From an uncultured virus (IMG/VR IMGVR_UViG_3300042445_002545) (lineage: Duplodnaviria; Heunggongvirae; Uroviricota; Caudoviricetes): a stretch of 64,000 bases of DNA. This document shows, one piece after another, positions 33,901 to 42,990 of the stretch. The translations under genes were made by a program, and so were the position numbers. The DNA is taken from IMG/VR virus record IMGVR_UViG_3300042445_002545; one strand, 5' to 3'. The notes beneath the pieces are model-generated. The model was not told the DNA's origin. It saw nothing but the letters and a program-made list of their open reading frames with translations, and ran no database searches. Within the stretch, counting starts at the first letter, position 1. Every line of letters begins with the position of its first letter.

Positions 33901-34149
33901 TTAACCGCCTTTATATCTTTCAATATTTACCCATATGTACTCCTTTGGACCATCTGGGGTAGATATTCTTTGACATACTTCAGCCCTTATTACATTAAAC
34001 ATTGGGTAATCAATTAAGAATCTATCAAAACATTCTCTAGGTATAATTCTATTTGAATGATAATCTACTAAACCATCATCACCAACAATAAATTGATGTG
34101 ACTGTGCACGATGTTGGGTGTGTAAAAATAATACTGTTAGATTTTCCAT
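33901..34149 (-). CDS. Hypothetical protein at the end of tRNA operon 1
   Basis: Start moved to ATG 34149 because the longer call overlaps tRNA-Lys. Confidence 0.6.
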   Translation of the reverse strand: MENLTVLFLHTQHRAQSHQFIVGDDGLVDYHSNRIIPRECFDRFLIDYPMFNVIRAEVCQRISTPDGPKEYIWVNIERYKGG

Positions 34150-34163
34150 TATAAATAATTTAG

Positions 34164-34236
34164 TGCACCTGGAGGGCCTCGAACCCTCTACCTTCCCGTT
34201 AAAAGCGGGAAGCCCGTCCACATGAGCTTCAGGCGC
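34164..34236 (-). tRNA. tRNA-Lys(TTT)
   Basis: Cloverleaf; anticodon arm TCCCG-CTTTTAA-CGGGA. Confidence 0.9.
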
Positions 34237-34271
34237 ATAACATAGCCATTTATTGTGTCTATGTGTCTATG

Positions 34272-34344
34272 TGCGCCCGACAGGGTTCGAACCTGTGACT
34301 CGTAAATTAAAAGTTTACTACTCTACCAACTGAGTTACGAGCGC
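34272..34344 (-). tRNA. tRNA-Lys(TTT)
   Basis: Cloverleaf; GTAAA-CTTTTAA-TTTAC. Confidence 0.92.
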
Positions 34345-34387
34345 ATATTTCTTCTTATGACACTCGTAACTTTTACAGCCGAGTGCC

Positions 34388-34432
34388 CTAACGTTTCTTC
34401 TTCTTTTTTGAAATGATTGTTAAGTTTTTCAT
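34388..34432 (-). CDS. Poly-Lys leader peptide MKNLTIISKKKKKR
   Basis: Five consecutive Lys codons; ORF ends 43 nt upstream of tRNA-Lys and is followed by alternative pairings. Confidence 0.75.
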   Translation of the reverse strand: MKNLTIISKKKKKR

Positions 34433-34466
34433 AATGTTTAATTTTTATTGTTTTATATTATTTTAG

Positions 34467-34617
34467 TGGGGCTGGGGGGAATCGAACCTAGGTTACCCTA
34501 TCTACTTCGCTTCAATGATTTGTTTGTCGACCAACGCCTCATATTCACTTTTTGACCTTAGCTGCTATAGCACCGCCTTATCGTGGCGGGTCGGTTCACC
34601 TCACCGCAAGCAACCCC
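34467..34617 (-). ncRNA. 151-nt tRNA-like RNA
   Basis: GGGGTTG/CAGCCCC-A terminal stem, TTCGATT loop, internal GC hairpins, no anticodon arm. Confidence 0.5.
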
Positions 34618-34622
34618 ATGTG

Positions 34623-34694
34623 AGCAGACGGCCAGAATCGAACTGGCATCCTCGATTTGGTAAACCGATGCACTAACCGTTGTGCTACGCCCGC
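34623..34694 (-). tRNA. tRNA-Gly(ACC), unusual A34
   Basis: TCGGT-TTACCAA-ATCGA; acceptor GCGGGCG/CGTCTGC, U73. Confidence 0.85.
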
Positions 34695-34741
34695 ATTCTA
34701 TTTTTTACCTCTATCATAAGAGCTTAAAATATAACAGCCCG

Positions 34742-34818
34742 TGGAGCGGGTGGTGGGGCTCAAACCCACAACCCCCAGCTTGGAAGGCTAGTGCTCTAAT
34801 CAATTGAGCTACACCCGC
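34742..34818 (-). tRNA. tRNA-Gly(TCC), CCA encoded
   Basis: CTAGC-CTTCCAA-GCTGG. Confidence 0.92.
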
Positions 34819-35047
34819 AATTTGTGCCTCTCTCTGCACCCGTCATACCCCTTTGTATTCTGTTAATCTCCTAAAGCCTCAGCCCTTATAAGGATTTTCC
34901 TAACGGTAAAGCGGTATCAAAAACCAGTATTCATTTAATAACGTCAGTAGGACTTAACTGGAACCTCTCATTTATATCCAATCATCAACGGGTAATTAAC
35001 CCATAAGGCGTAATCCATACATTGCTGCACGTCTATCCTACCTATTG

Positions 35048-35119
35048 AGCACTCTCCCAGAATCGAACTGAGTTATCTGATTTACAAGACCAGTGCATCA
35101 CCGAGTATGCTTAGAGTGC
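35048..35119 (-). tRNA. tRNA-Thr(TGT)
   Basis: CTGGT-CTTGTAA-ATCAG. Confidence 0.9.
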
Positions 35120-35187
35120 AAAATGATTTTTATTTCCCCCTTGAAAAGCCAAGTACAAGTCAAAAATCTAAAATTTACCCTAGCGAG

Positions 35188-35268
35188 TCGGAGCGGAGGG
35201 ATTCGAACCCCCATGCCGTTAGGACTTGATTTACAGTCAAGCGAGCCAGCCAATTGCTCAACACTCCG
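35188..35268 (-). tRNA. tRNA-Tyr(GTA)
   Basis: CTTGA-CTGTAAA-TCAAG, long variable region. Confidence 0.9.
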
Positions 35269-35335
35269 AAATACAGGATGGTACACTGTTCCAAATTAAA
35301 AGTTTGATAGTATATATTGCTGTAACCATCCTTTG

Positions 35336-35409
35336 TTATCCGAGAGGGCTTCGAACCCCCAGATTCTCCCTTCAAAGGGGAGTGACTTTGCCAGTTTGTC
35401 TATCGGACA
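35336..35409 (-). tRNA. tRNA-Gln(TTG)
   Basis: CTCCC-CTTTGAA-GGGAG. Confidence 0.9.
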
Positions 35410-35458
35410 ATAACTTCCCATAACTTATTTTTTTAATGGCTTATGGAAACCATATCAG

Positions 35459-35532
35459 TCGAGATTGGAGGAATTTAACCTACCATTCAACACCCCCCAT
35501 GAGTGTGGTCTTAAACAATAGACGAAATCTCG
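35459..35532 (-). tRNA. Degenerate tRNA-Pro-like gene
   Basis: Acceptor CGAGATT/AATCTCG-A; loop CATGGGG lacks U33; T-loop TTAAATT. Confidence 0.5.
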
Positions 35533-35535
35533 TTG

Positions 35536-35609
35536 TCGAATAGGCTGGATTCGAACCAGCGTGCTCGGCATTCCAAATGCCGCTAGATAAACCGCTCCTA
35601 TACTACTCG
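35536..35609 (-). tRNA. tRNA-Pro(TGG)
   Basis: CGGCA-TTTGGAA-TGCCG. Confidence 0.9.
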
Positions 35610-35711
35610 TTAAATTACATTCCTACTAGAGTTTATGTATAACTTAATTACCCAACATGTCAAAGAACATATAAACTTTATTTTTTGTCCCGTTTATAAA
35701 ATTATGGACAT

Positions 35712-35747
35712 AAAAAAACCCGAACTGCAATTAGCGATTCGGGTTTT
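35712..35747 (-). terminator. Attenuator terminator of tRNA operon 1
   Basis: AAAACCCGAATCGC-TAATT-GCAGTTCGGGTTTTTTT on minus strand. Confidence 0.85.
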
Positions 35748-35770
35748 AAATATCTTGTTAAGTTTAATGC

Positions 35771-35875
35771 TTAAATAAGCTTATCACTTTCAACTTGATA
35801 TGACACACCCGTCACACTAGGCTTCCCGCCTTGCGTATACTGTTTCGGTTGATATGTCGTACCTGTTGTTTTCAT
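35771..35875 (-). CDS. Leader peptide 1 MKTTGTTYQPKQYTQGGKPSVTGVSYQVESDKLI
   Basis: Lies between promoter and terminator; residues 2-19 are only K/T/G/Y/Q/P. Confidence 0.85.
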   Translation of the reverse strand: MKTTGTTYQPKQYTQGGKPSVTGVSYQVESDKLI

Positions 35876-35907
35876 TTTATTTTTTTTAATTATTTTTTAC
35901 TGTTTCT

Positions 35908-35950
35908 ATTAAATATATGCAAATATACTAAAAGTTTATAATATATGCAA
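35908..35950 (-). promoter_or_regulatory. tRNA operon 1 promoter (30-bp repeat, copy 1)
   Basis: TTG-N20-TATATTTG; ATTAAATATATGCAAATATACTAAAAGTTT is identical at 48300 and 50546. Confidence 0.85.
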
Positions 35951-35974
35951 CTTTTTTTAAATTATTTTTTTTAG

Positions 35975-36045
35975 AAGCGGATTCAGGACTCGAACCTGGC
36001 TATGGGGTTATGAGCCCCTTGTGCTACCAATTACACCAAACCGCA
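35975..36045 (-). tRNA. tRNA-Met(CAT), initiator-like
   Basis: GGGG-CTCATAA-CCCC anticodon arm, 1:72 mismatch. Confidence 0.8.
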
Positions 36046-36050
36046 ATATG

Positions 36051-36123
36051 TTCACCATAAGGGACTTCAACCCTCATCTCCACTCCCAAACGGAATGGTG
36101 CACTTACTTTGTGCTAATGGTAA
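36051..36123 (-). tRNA. Atypical tRNA-like gene, anticodon unresolved
   Basis: Acceptor, D and T arms present; anticodon arm CCATTCC-GTTTG-GGAGTGG abnormal. Confidence 0.5.
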
Positions 36124-36679
36124 ATAATGTTAGCCAGAATCATCTTTTTTTCCATAAACGAATTTTTGAATTTGCTGAACTGATTCTTATGCTAATTTTT
36201 TGAGACTGTCCAGATTTAATACTTACCTTATTCCCCTTAAATATGCGGTGATTAAATAGTTTATTCACCGCAAGGTTGTTGTGGCAGTGTAACCCTGTCT
36301 CGTAATATCTTTATCCCAAAATGATTTTTTGTGTTTTTCATCCCAGCGGATTAACCCGTTTTACGTCTTCGGCTTTGCTTTGGCGAGAGTCTACTGTTAT
36401 TCGACTGCATCCTACTTGCACCTGTTGGGGTGGTCTGACGTTTAACCTTTTTTTTATATGGAAGTCTTACCATTGTTATTAATTCCGTAGTTCCAATGAT
36501 ACAAGTACCATCTTTCCTTACCAATTAACATCTCATGTAGTTTGTCTGTTTGGTTGCAGAACTCATTTTTTTGGATAAATGTTTTATAATAAATTAAAGA
36601 ACGTTTTCTTATTTGTTTTACAAAGATAGTAACTATTTTTTGATTTGTCAACTACTTTATGAAAATATTTTAATATTTT

Positions 36680-37090
36680 TTAAAAATTCCACTCATTATT
36701 TGGTTTAACATCTTGATTATCAGTTAAATCAGTAATAAAAGTTTTTTTATTAATATCATCTCTAATTCTAGCTGCATCTTCATATCTTTCTTCAGTAACG
36801 GCTAACTCAAGTTGTTTTTGTAATGGTAATTCTTTTTTGACACCAGAAGTTTCAAGTGGTGAACCCACCATTTCAATTTTAACTATAGTACCATGTTCAT
36901 TTTCCCATTCAGTTCTTTCAAATGTGTAACCACCATCTTCATACCTAGATACCGATTTAGGTTCACCTAATTCACTTTCATCATCATTTTTTAATGATTC
37001 TCTCATATTCATTAAAGTTTTAATGAATTTTTGTAATTTCTCATTTTTCTTATTCCCATTATTAAAGGATTCGTCAAAATTATCAAACAT
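36680..37090 (-). CDS. UvrB/UvrC-motif protein
   Basis: LQKQLELAVTEERYEDAARIRDDI. Confidence 0.75.
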   Translation of the reverse strand: MFDNFDESFNNGNKKNEKLQKFIKTLMNMRESLKNDDESELGEPKSVSRYEDGGYTFERTEWENEHGTIVKIEMVGSPLETSGVKKELPLQKQLELAVTEERYEDAARIRDDINKKTFITDLTDNQDVKPNNEWNF

Positions 37091-37700
37091 AACTATTTTT
37101 TATTTATTGATTTATTATAATTTATATTGTCAAGTAAAATGCCAAATAATATTTAGTGACATTTAGTCATTAAATATCTATTTTTAAAAAATCTTAACTG
37201 ACAATTAGTCAGGTATTAATTTTTCTTAACTTTTTTAATTAGGTGTTTAATAGGGTTTACCTTAGAAAAGTGAAAATAAAGACCAAAGCAAAATGCTGAT
37301 AATAGGTAAAAAATAAATGTGGTAATTCCATAAGAACCTGTTAGTTGAAATATCATGTAAAATAGTATATCGAAACCCATCGGATTGAAGAACATTCCTA
37401 GCATTAGCATTATTATCGATATTTTTCTGTTTACTGGGGTCACTGTCCATAATTGTTTTAATTTTTTAATATTATAAAAACCGCTACATATAAATATATA
37501 GCGGTTTTGGTTTATTTAAGTTATTTTTTAATACCAACAAGTTATCATAGATACTCCTGGTACTAAACCAATAGCGTGAATTATTTCCTCTTTCCAAACT
37601 GGACCTTCAAAGTCACAATTTAATAATTTCACGATGTTTACAATCCAAGCTATTAAAACGTAAGCCCAAATTAAAAATGGTATTAAAGCTAATTTTCTCA

Positions 37701-38249
37701 TTATTCAAGTGTAAAAGTTAAGTTAGATTTTCTGATTCTAAGTGGTCTTTCAGAAATATGTAAGTATGTCCCACCACTTGGGTAATATTGATGATAGTTG
37801 TCTTGTGCATCAAACCAGAATAAATAATTTCCAGATTCACCATATGCACCACCATCATCTAATACTTCATCTGTTGTATATTGTGTACCACCAATGTATA
37901 CATAATTTGAATTACCTGGACTTTCATATCCATCACCATTTACAGTTTTAGGACTTAAACGTTTGCCACCTGAGGTAACTTTACCTTTAACTGTTGAGTA
38001 TTCTAATACGTCACCAGAATAAGATGAAATAACATACAAGTGTTTTACTTCACCAATTTGGTTGTCTCGCTGCAAACGTTCAATAATGTTTGTTTGTTCA
38101 ACTGTATGCCCTTCAGCATCAGTTTTAATGTGGGTTGTTGCTTTAATAGCACCAGAATCAGATTTTTGCTGTTTCCCATCTCCACAACCTGAAGACATAA
38201 GTACCAATGCAATCATTGATACACTCATTAATTTAAATAATTTTTTCAT
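37701..38249 (-). CDS. Putative lipoprotein
   Basis: Signal peptide ending SSG-C. Confidence 0.7.
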   Translation of the reverse strand: MKKLFKLMSVSMIALVLMSSGCGDGKQQKSDSGAIKATTHIKTDAEGHTVEQTNIIERLQRDNQIGEVKHLYVISSYSGDVLEYSTVKGKVTSGGKRLSPKTVNGDGYESPGNSNYVYIGGTQYTTDEVLDDGGAYGESGNYLFWFDAQDNYHQYYPSGGTYLHISERPLRIRKSNLTFTLE

Positions 38250-38260
38250 TTTTATTTTTT

Positions 38261-38677
38261 TTAATTAATTGATAAAATATATGGTTTAATCTCTCTAGGT
38301 AGAGGTTCTAGATTCGAAGCTGGTAAATCACCTTTATTACAAAAGGCATAGTTAAATTTACTCATTGCTGAGTTATATTCAGAACACAATGAATTGTGCA
38401 TTGAAATTAGACCCATCATTTCAGCTTGTGATTGTTGAAACTGAAAACTTTCCTGGTCTTTAATTGTTGATATTTGCGTTTTGTAAACATCAATGTTTGC
38501 TCTTTTCTCATCAATTGCTGCTGACACATCTTTGAAGTATTCATACTTCTTCAACATTGCTGATGGTGAGTACTCTTTTTGAATTACGTTTGATGCATCT
38601 CCACACATGTTTAATACAAATACCGTTGGTACGATTAAAAACATAATGACTGCAACTACTTTTAAATAAATGTTCAT
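38261..38677 (-). CDS. Membrane-anchored coiled-coil protein
   Basis: N-terminal TM segment followed by helical region. Confidence 0.65.
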   Translation of the reverse strand: MNIYLKVVAVIMFLIVPTVFVLNMCGDASNVIQKEYSPSAMLKKYEYFKDVSAAIDEKRANIDVYKTQISTIKDQESFQFQQSQAEMMGLISMHNSLCSEYNSAMSKFNYAFCNKGDLPASNLEPLPREIKPYILSIN

Positions 38678-38888
38678 ACTTTTTCTATTTTGTTTTTACA
38701 AATATATGTATAATTTTTTAATTAAACAAATAAAAAATGATTTATTTTTTAAGGTGAAAACAGGACTCGAACCTGTGGGTACCAACGATGTGATAAATCA
38801 CAACAATTTCACCCTAAAAAATTATCCTCTATTATCTGGACCATTCATGATTATATAGAAAAATATAAGAATAATAATGATTGCCATA

Positions 38889-39707
38889 TTATGAATTTAT
38901 TAAATCATTTTTAATTTCATTAACTAGATTTAAATGTTCTGTACCAAATTTTTCCCAAGCTAAGCCCATTTGTTTCAAATCGTAATGTTTAACTACCGTA
39001 CTATAATCTTTAATACCATCTTTATGACCAATCACATAGATACTATCAGCCAATTCAACAGCCAGGTTAATATCATGTGTTGAGAATATGATAGTATTCA
39101 ATTCATGACTCTCTTGAATTAATTTAAATGCTGATTTAACATTCTCAATGTTACCAACATCTAAACCACTGAACGGTTCATCAAATACCATAAAATGACC
39201 TGATGATAACAGTTGTTCAATAATCGCAGTTCTTTGTCTTTGACCACCAGATAATTCACATGGGTATTTATCCTTATGTTCAAATAATCCCCAATCAGTT
39301 AGATACTTATCAATCAATGTTGATTTCTCATCTTTAGTGATACCTTTCTTTCTCAATGCATAATTACAGATTTGTGTAATTGTTTTGTGTCTAAACAATG
39401 TATACTTTTGGTCAACAAACCCAACATCACCTTCACCTACTAATTTAGCATCATCTTTATTAACACTACCTATATCAGTAATCAACACTCTACCTGTTGT
39501 TGGTTTAATCAAACCAGTCAAAGCTTTGAATAATGTTGATTTACCTCTACCAGAACGACCAACTACTGCGATTGTCTGACCAACTACAGAACCTTCCGAA
39601 ATAACATCGTGTTCAGTAATATTAATATCTTTAATAATTGTTTTACCATCATATGCGACACTAATGTTGTCAAGACATAAAATTGTTTCTTTAATTTCGT
39701 ATTTCAT
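38889..39707 (-). CDS. ABC transporter ATP-binding protein (NitT/TauT type)
   Basis: GRSGRGKST, LSGGQRQR, VFDEPFSGLD, STHD. Confidence 0.93.
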   Translation of the reverse strand: MKYEIKETILCLDNISVAYDGKTIIKDINITEHDVISEGSVVGQTIAVVGRSGRGKSTLFKALTGLIKPTTGRVLITDIGSVNKDDAKLVGEGDVGFVDQKYTLFRHKTITQICNYALRKKGITKDEKSTLIDKYLTDWGLFEHKDKYPCELSGGQRQRTAIIEQLLSSGHFMVFDEPFSGLDVGNIENVKSAFKLIQESHELNTIIFSTHDINLAVELADSIYVIGHKDGIKDYSTVVKHYDLKQMGLAWEKFGTEHLNLVNEIKNDLINS

Positions 39708-39709
39708 AA

Positions 39710-40477
39710 TTAGATTTTTGAATATCTGAATAAACGTTTTCTGATGAATGTTAATGTGAAGTCCATAAATAGACCAACTAACAAGATGATTAACTGCAAT
39801 GCAATGATTCGACCATGATTCATGAACTTATCAGAATTTTTAATAAGAAATCCTAAACCACCAGCAGCCGCTAATATTGATTCAACCGTTACTAACATCA
39901 TCCACACAATTGCTAGATTTTGTCTAACTACTTCAATAACGTAGTCCACACGACCTTTAATTACAACTTCCCATAGAATCTCCCATCTATTGCAACCAAG
40001 TGCTCTAGCGTGGTCAAAATCCTCTTGTGGGATATCTTTTAGCATTGCTAATAATGATGTTGTTAAATAAGTTGTCATAAATGTTACCAACACCCAAACT
40101 TGAATTGCTCTACCATCAGTTAATAATATTGATATGTAAAATGAAATTCCAGTTAAAGGTAGGTATCTAAATTTACTTAAAATATTAGATATCGGTGATA
40201 TTACTGGTAGTGTTGATAGATACGCAAATACCAAGGATATTGATATTGCAATTAATACAGCTTTACCACATAGTGCTAATGAACTAAATATGTGAACAAT
40301 TAATCCCTCTTTATAAAGTTCAGATACACCACTAAATACTTGGCCTGGTGTTGGGAACATATGTGTAGTCCCAAGACTAGATAAAACCCAAAGTGTTATA
40401 ATGGTTAACAACCAACCTAATCCTATAAAAAGTTTAGTTTTTTGGGTTATATTCTCGAAAGGTTTAAAAATATTCAT
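39710..40477 (-). CDS. ABC transporter permease (NitT/TauT type)
   Basis: Multiple TMs, EAA-like loop DHARALGCNRW, GGLGFLI. Confidence 0.9.
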   Translation of the reverse strand: MNIFKPFENITQKTKLFIGLGWLLTIITLWVLSSLGTTHMFPTPGQVFSGVSELYKEGLIVHIFSSLALCGKAVLIAISISLVFAYLSTLPVISPISNILSKFRYLPLTGISFYISILLTDGRAIQVWVLVTFMTTYLTTSLLAMLKDIPQEDFDHARALGCNRWEILWEVVIKGRVDYVIEVVRQNLAIVWMMLVTVESILAAAGGLGFLIKNSDKFMNHGRIIALQLIILLVGLFMDFTLTFIRKRLFRYSKI

Positions 40478-40482
40478 ACTGA

Positions 40483-40986
40483 TTAGAAATTGTAAGTAAG
40501 TCCTGTACTGATATAATCAATACCATCCCAGTTGCTTGATTGAATAAAAATACCGTATTTTTTGATACTTACTGACATCCCAACACCATATTCAATGAAT
40601 AATTGTTTTGTTGAAATATAATTACCAATACCAAATATACCATAGACACTAATTGGTCCAATTGGTTGATTAAATGATGTTTTAACTTCATACCAGTAGT
40701 TTTGAATTGCATCACCATGGAAATCTAAATTACCTCTACCAGCAACTAAACCTAAACCAAAGTTGTCATACATACCACCAAATTCAATTGATGGGTAAGA
40801 TGTTTTACCAAATGTTGATGAACCAGTGTTTGAAATTGAGATACCAGCTGATAAGTAATAACAAACTTTAGCTGAGTCAGAACCTTTTAATTCTGAATTA
40901 TCAAAGTCAGTTGTAGTCCCTAATTTAATTTGATTGAATGATGTTAATGACACTAATAATGATAATACTAATAATAAATTTTTCAT
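40483..40986 (-). CDS. Secreted / outer-membrane beta-strand protein
   Basis: Signal peptide, alternating beta strands, C-terminal YNF. Confidence 0.55.
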   Translation of the reverse strand: MKNLLLVLSLLVSLTSFNQIKLGTTTDFDNSELKGSDSAKVCYYLSAGISISNTGSSTFGKTSYPSIEFGGMYDNFGLGLVAGRGNLDFHGDAIQNYWYEVKTSFNQPIGPISVYGIFGIGNYISTKQLFIEYGVGMSVSIKKYGIFIQSSNWDGIDYISTGLTYNF

Positions 40987-41056
40987 TTTGTTTTTTTTAA
41001 GGTTAAAAAATGGGGTAAACCTTAGATTTACCCCATTTTAATGTTTAATTTTAAGA

Positions 41057-42883
41057 TTACTGTAGTAATGTGATTTCTACTCGTCTATTCTTAGCTTTAC
41101 CTTGCGCCGTTGAGTTATCAGCAACTGGTCTAGAATCACCTTTACCATCTACCTCTTGAATACGTGATTTAGGAATCCCACGATTTTCAAGGTATTCAAC
41201 TACCGCATTTGCTCTACCTTTAGATAAGGTCATGTTGCTTGATGGGTTACCAACGTTATCAGTGTGACCTACAATTCTTAATTTAGAATCTTCCGCTTGC
41301 ATTAACAAGTTATAGATTTTCTCTAAATCTTTATTTGATACTTGTTGAATTGTAGTACTTCCAGTTGCAAAGTTAATATTCCAGTTACCACTAGCCATAA
41401 CGTGTGTTTTGTTTTTTGAGTAATCAGATTTTTCGACCATACCTACATCAATATCATCAATGTTTTTCAAGTAACGTAAGTTTACAGCTTCATCGTAAGG
41501 TACAATTCTATCAACTGATTGCATAAATCCGTAAGGATTCAATTCACTTAAGTACGTTGATACTTGGTTATATACTGACTCATAACGATTGATACCATCA
41601 CTGATACCGTAGTATTGCATAGCATCACCATAGTTAAGTACTCTTGACCCACCCATGTTGTATACAAGTCCGTTTTTATTACCTTTCGTACCTTTGAACA
41701 TTGTGTACCAGTATTCAGGTGTTTCCATATCAAATGTCTTTGCAACACATTCAGATGCTTTTACTCTCCATGAATCATATTGTTTCATTTGGTTAGATGC
41801 GGTCAATGCTGATTTAAGGATATTACTTACGATTTTAGGGTGTTTTGCCGCCCATTCTTTAACACCGATTAAAGTAGTTGCCATTTGATTTCTAAATTCA
41901 TGTGTTGATACAACATCAGTAAATCCAGTCAATGCATCAAATACAATCTTATCACCAGGTGTCCATGTAGCACAACCATCAATTTTCTTATTGATTGTCT
42001 TACCAGTCAATTTACCATCTTTAACCTCTTTCAATTCAACAGTGAAACCATTCTTTTGAGATTTGATTAATTCTTTTGCAGAGTTAATATAGTCATCATC
42101 TTCAGATGGGTAAAAGTTTACAGCTTCAGGGTCATATGTTGTTACATCAGGATTAACTTTCAATCCATTAGCAAAAACGTAGTTTAATGAAGTTACCCAG
42201 TCACCATCACCAATAACAGTTGAGATAAGAGCACCTTTCATTGATTGTGGGTCTGTTTTCCATTCTTTAGGTCCGATTAATTTATCTTCACCATCTGACA
42301 TACCGAAACAACCTTGAACCTCTACGTGATATTTACCTTCACCAAATTTATCATCTAATGCTGATTGCATAGTAGAGATGTAATATGGTGCACCATCACC
42401 CATTATAATAACACCATAAGCTGATTTATTAGATTTAGGATATTCAACACCACGGTCCATTTCCTCAATAAACTTCAACTGCATATTCTTTAATTCGGTA
42501 ACCCAGTCTTGTCTGATGATTTCCAAATTAACACCGTTTGCCTCCATAAGGGAACCTTCAGTTGTTTTTGGACCACCATTTGCTACGATGATACCAGATT
42601 GGCCATTCCAAGCGTATCCAGCAATTCGTACTACTGATTTATCAGACATTTCACTTGATAACTCATCAGATGGTAAATCAATCAAAGTACTTCTCATACT
42701 GTTATCGATATTATCATCACTCAATTCCATTCCGTCTAGTGTTTTAGATTCATCTACACGAAGTCCAGGTGCTAAGAAATACACACCAGTTAAAACGATG
42801 GCTAAACCAGCCGCTAAAATAAAAATTTCAAATCCTGTAGTCAAACCTTGATTTGGATTTTTTCTGTTAAAAATTCTTCCCAT
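41057..42883 (-). CDS. Substrate-binding-like protein fused to a C-terminal OmpA peptidoglycan-binding domain
   Basis: N-terminal TM; FATGS, GHTDNVG, LSKGRANAV, NRRVEI. Confidence 0.85.
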   Translation of the reverse strand: MGRIFNRKNPNQGLTTGFEIFILAAGLAIVLTGVYFLAPGLRVDESKTLDGMELSDDNIDNSMRSTLIDLPSDELSSEMSDKSVVRIAGYAWNGQSGIIVANGGPKTTEGSLMEANGVNLEIIRQDWVTELKNMQLKFIEEMDRGVEYPKSNKSAYGVIIMGDGAPYYISTMQSALDDKFGEGKYHVEVQGCFGMSDGEDKLIGPKEWKTDPQSMKGALISTVIGDGDWVTSLNYVFANGLKVNPDVTTYDPEAVNFYPSEDDDYINSAKELIKSQKNGFTVELKEVKDGKLTGKTINKKIDGCATWTPGDKIVFDALTGFTDVVSTHEFRNQMATTLIGVKEWAAKHPKIVSNILKSALTASNQMKQYDSWRVKASECVAKTFDMETPEYWYTMFKGTKGNKNGLVYNMGGSRVLNYGDAMQYYGISDGINRYESVYNQVSTYLSELNPYGFMQSVDRIVPYDEAVNLRYLKNIDDIDVGMVEKSDYSKNKTHVMASGNWNINFATGSTTIQQVSNKDLEKIYNLLMQAEDSKLRIVGHTDNVGNPSSNMTLSKGRANAVVEYLENRGIPKSRIQEVDGKGDSRPVADNSTAQGKAKNRRVEITLLQ

Positions 42884-42990
42884 TTTTTTTCTTTTTTTTT
42901 TGTTATTAATAATTGTTTTTAAATTTTACCTTACAAAGATAAGGATAACTTTTCAATTATCCAAATCTTTTTTGATTTTTTTTTGATTAA

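Noticed and set aside
35093..35423. ORF-track calls over tRNA genes (also 36021-36203, 46953-47168, 49568-49786 and the N-terminus of 33901-34221)
   Set aside because: They overlap clear cloverleaf tRNAs or tRNA-like RNAs and are spurious
36335..36450. RNase P RNA
   Set aside because: Only faint resemblance (ACCCC..GGTGCAAG); the conserved GAGGAAAGTCC and ACAGAA.CCGGCTTA segments were not found
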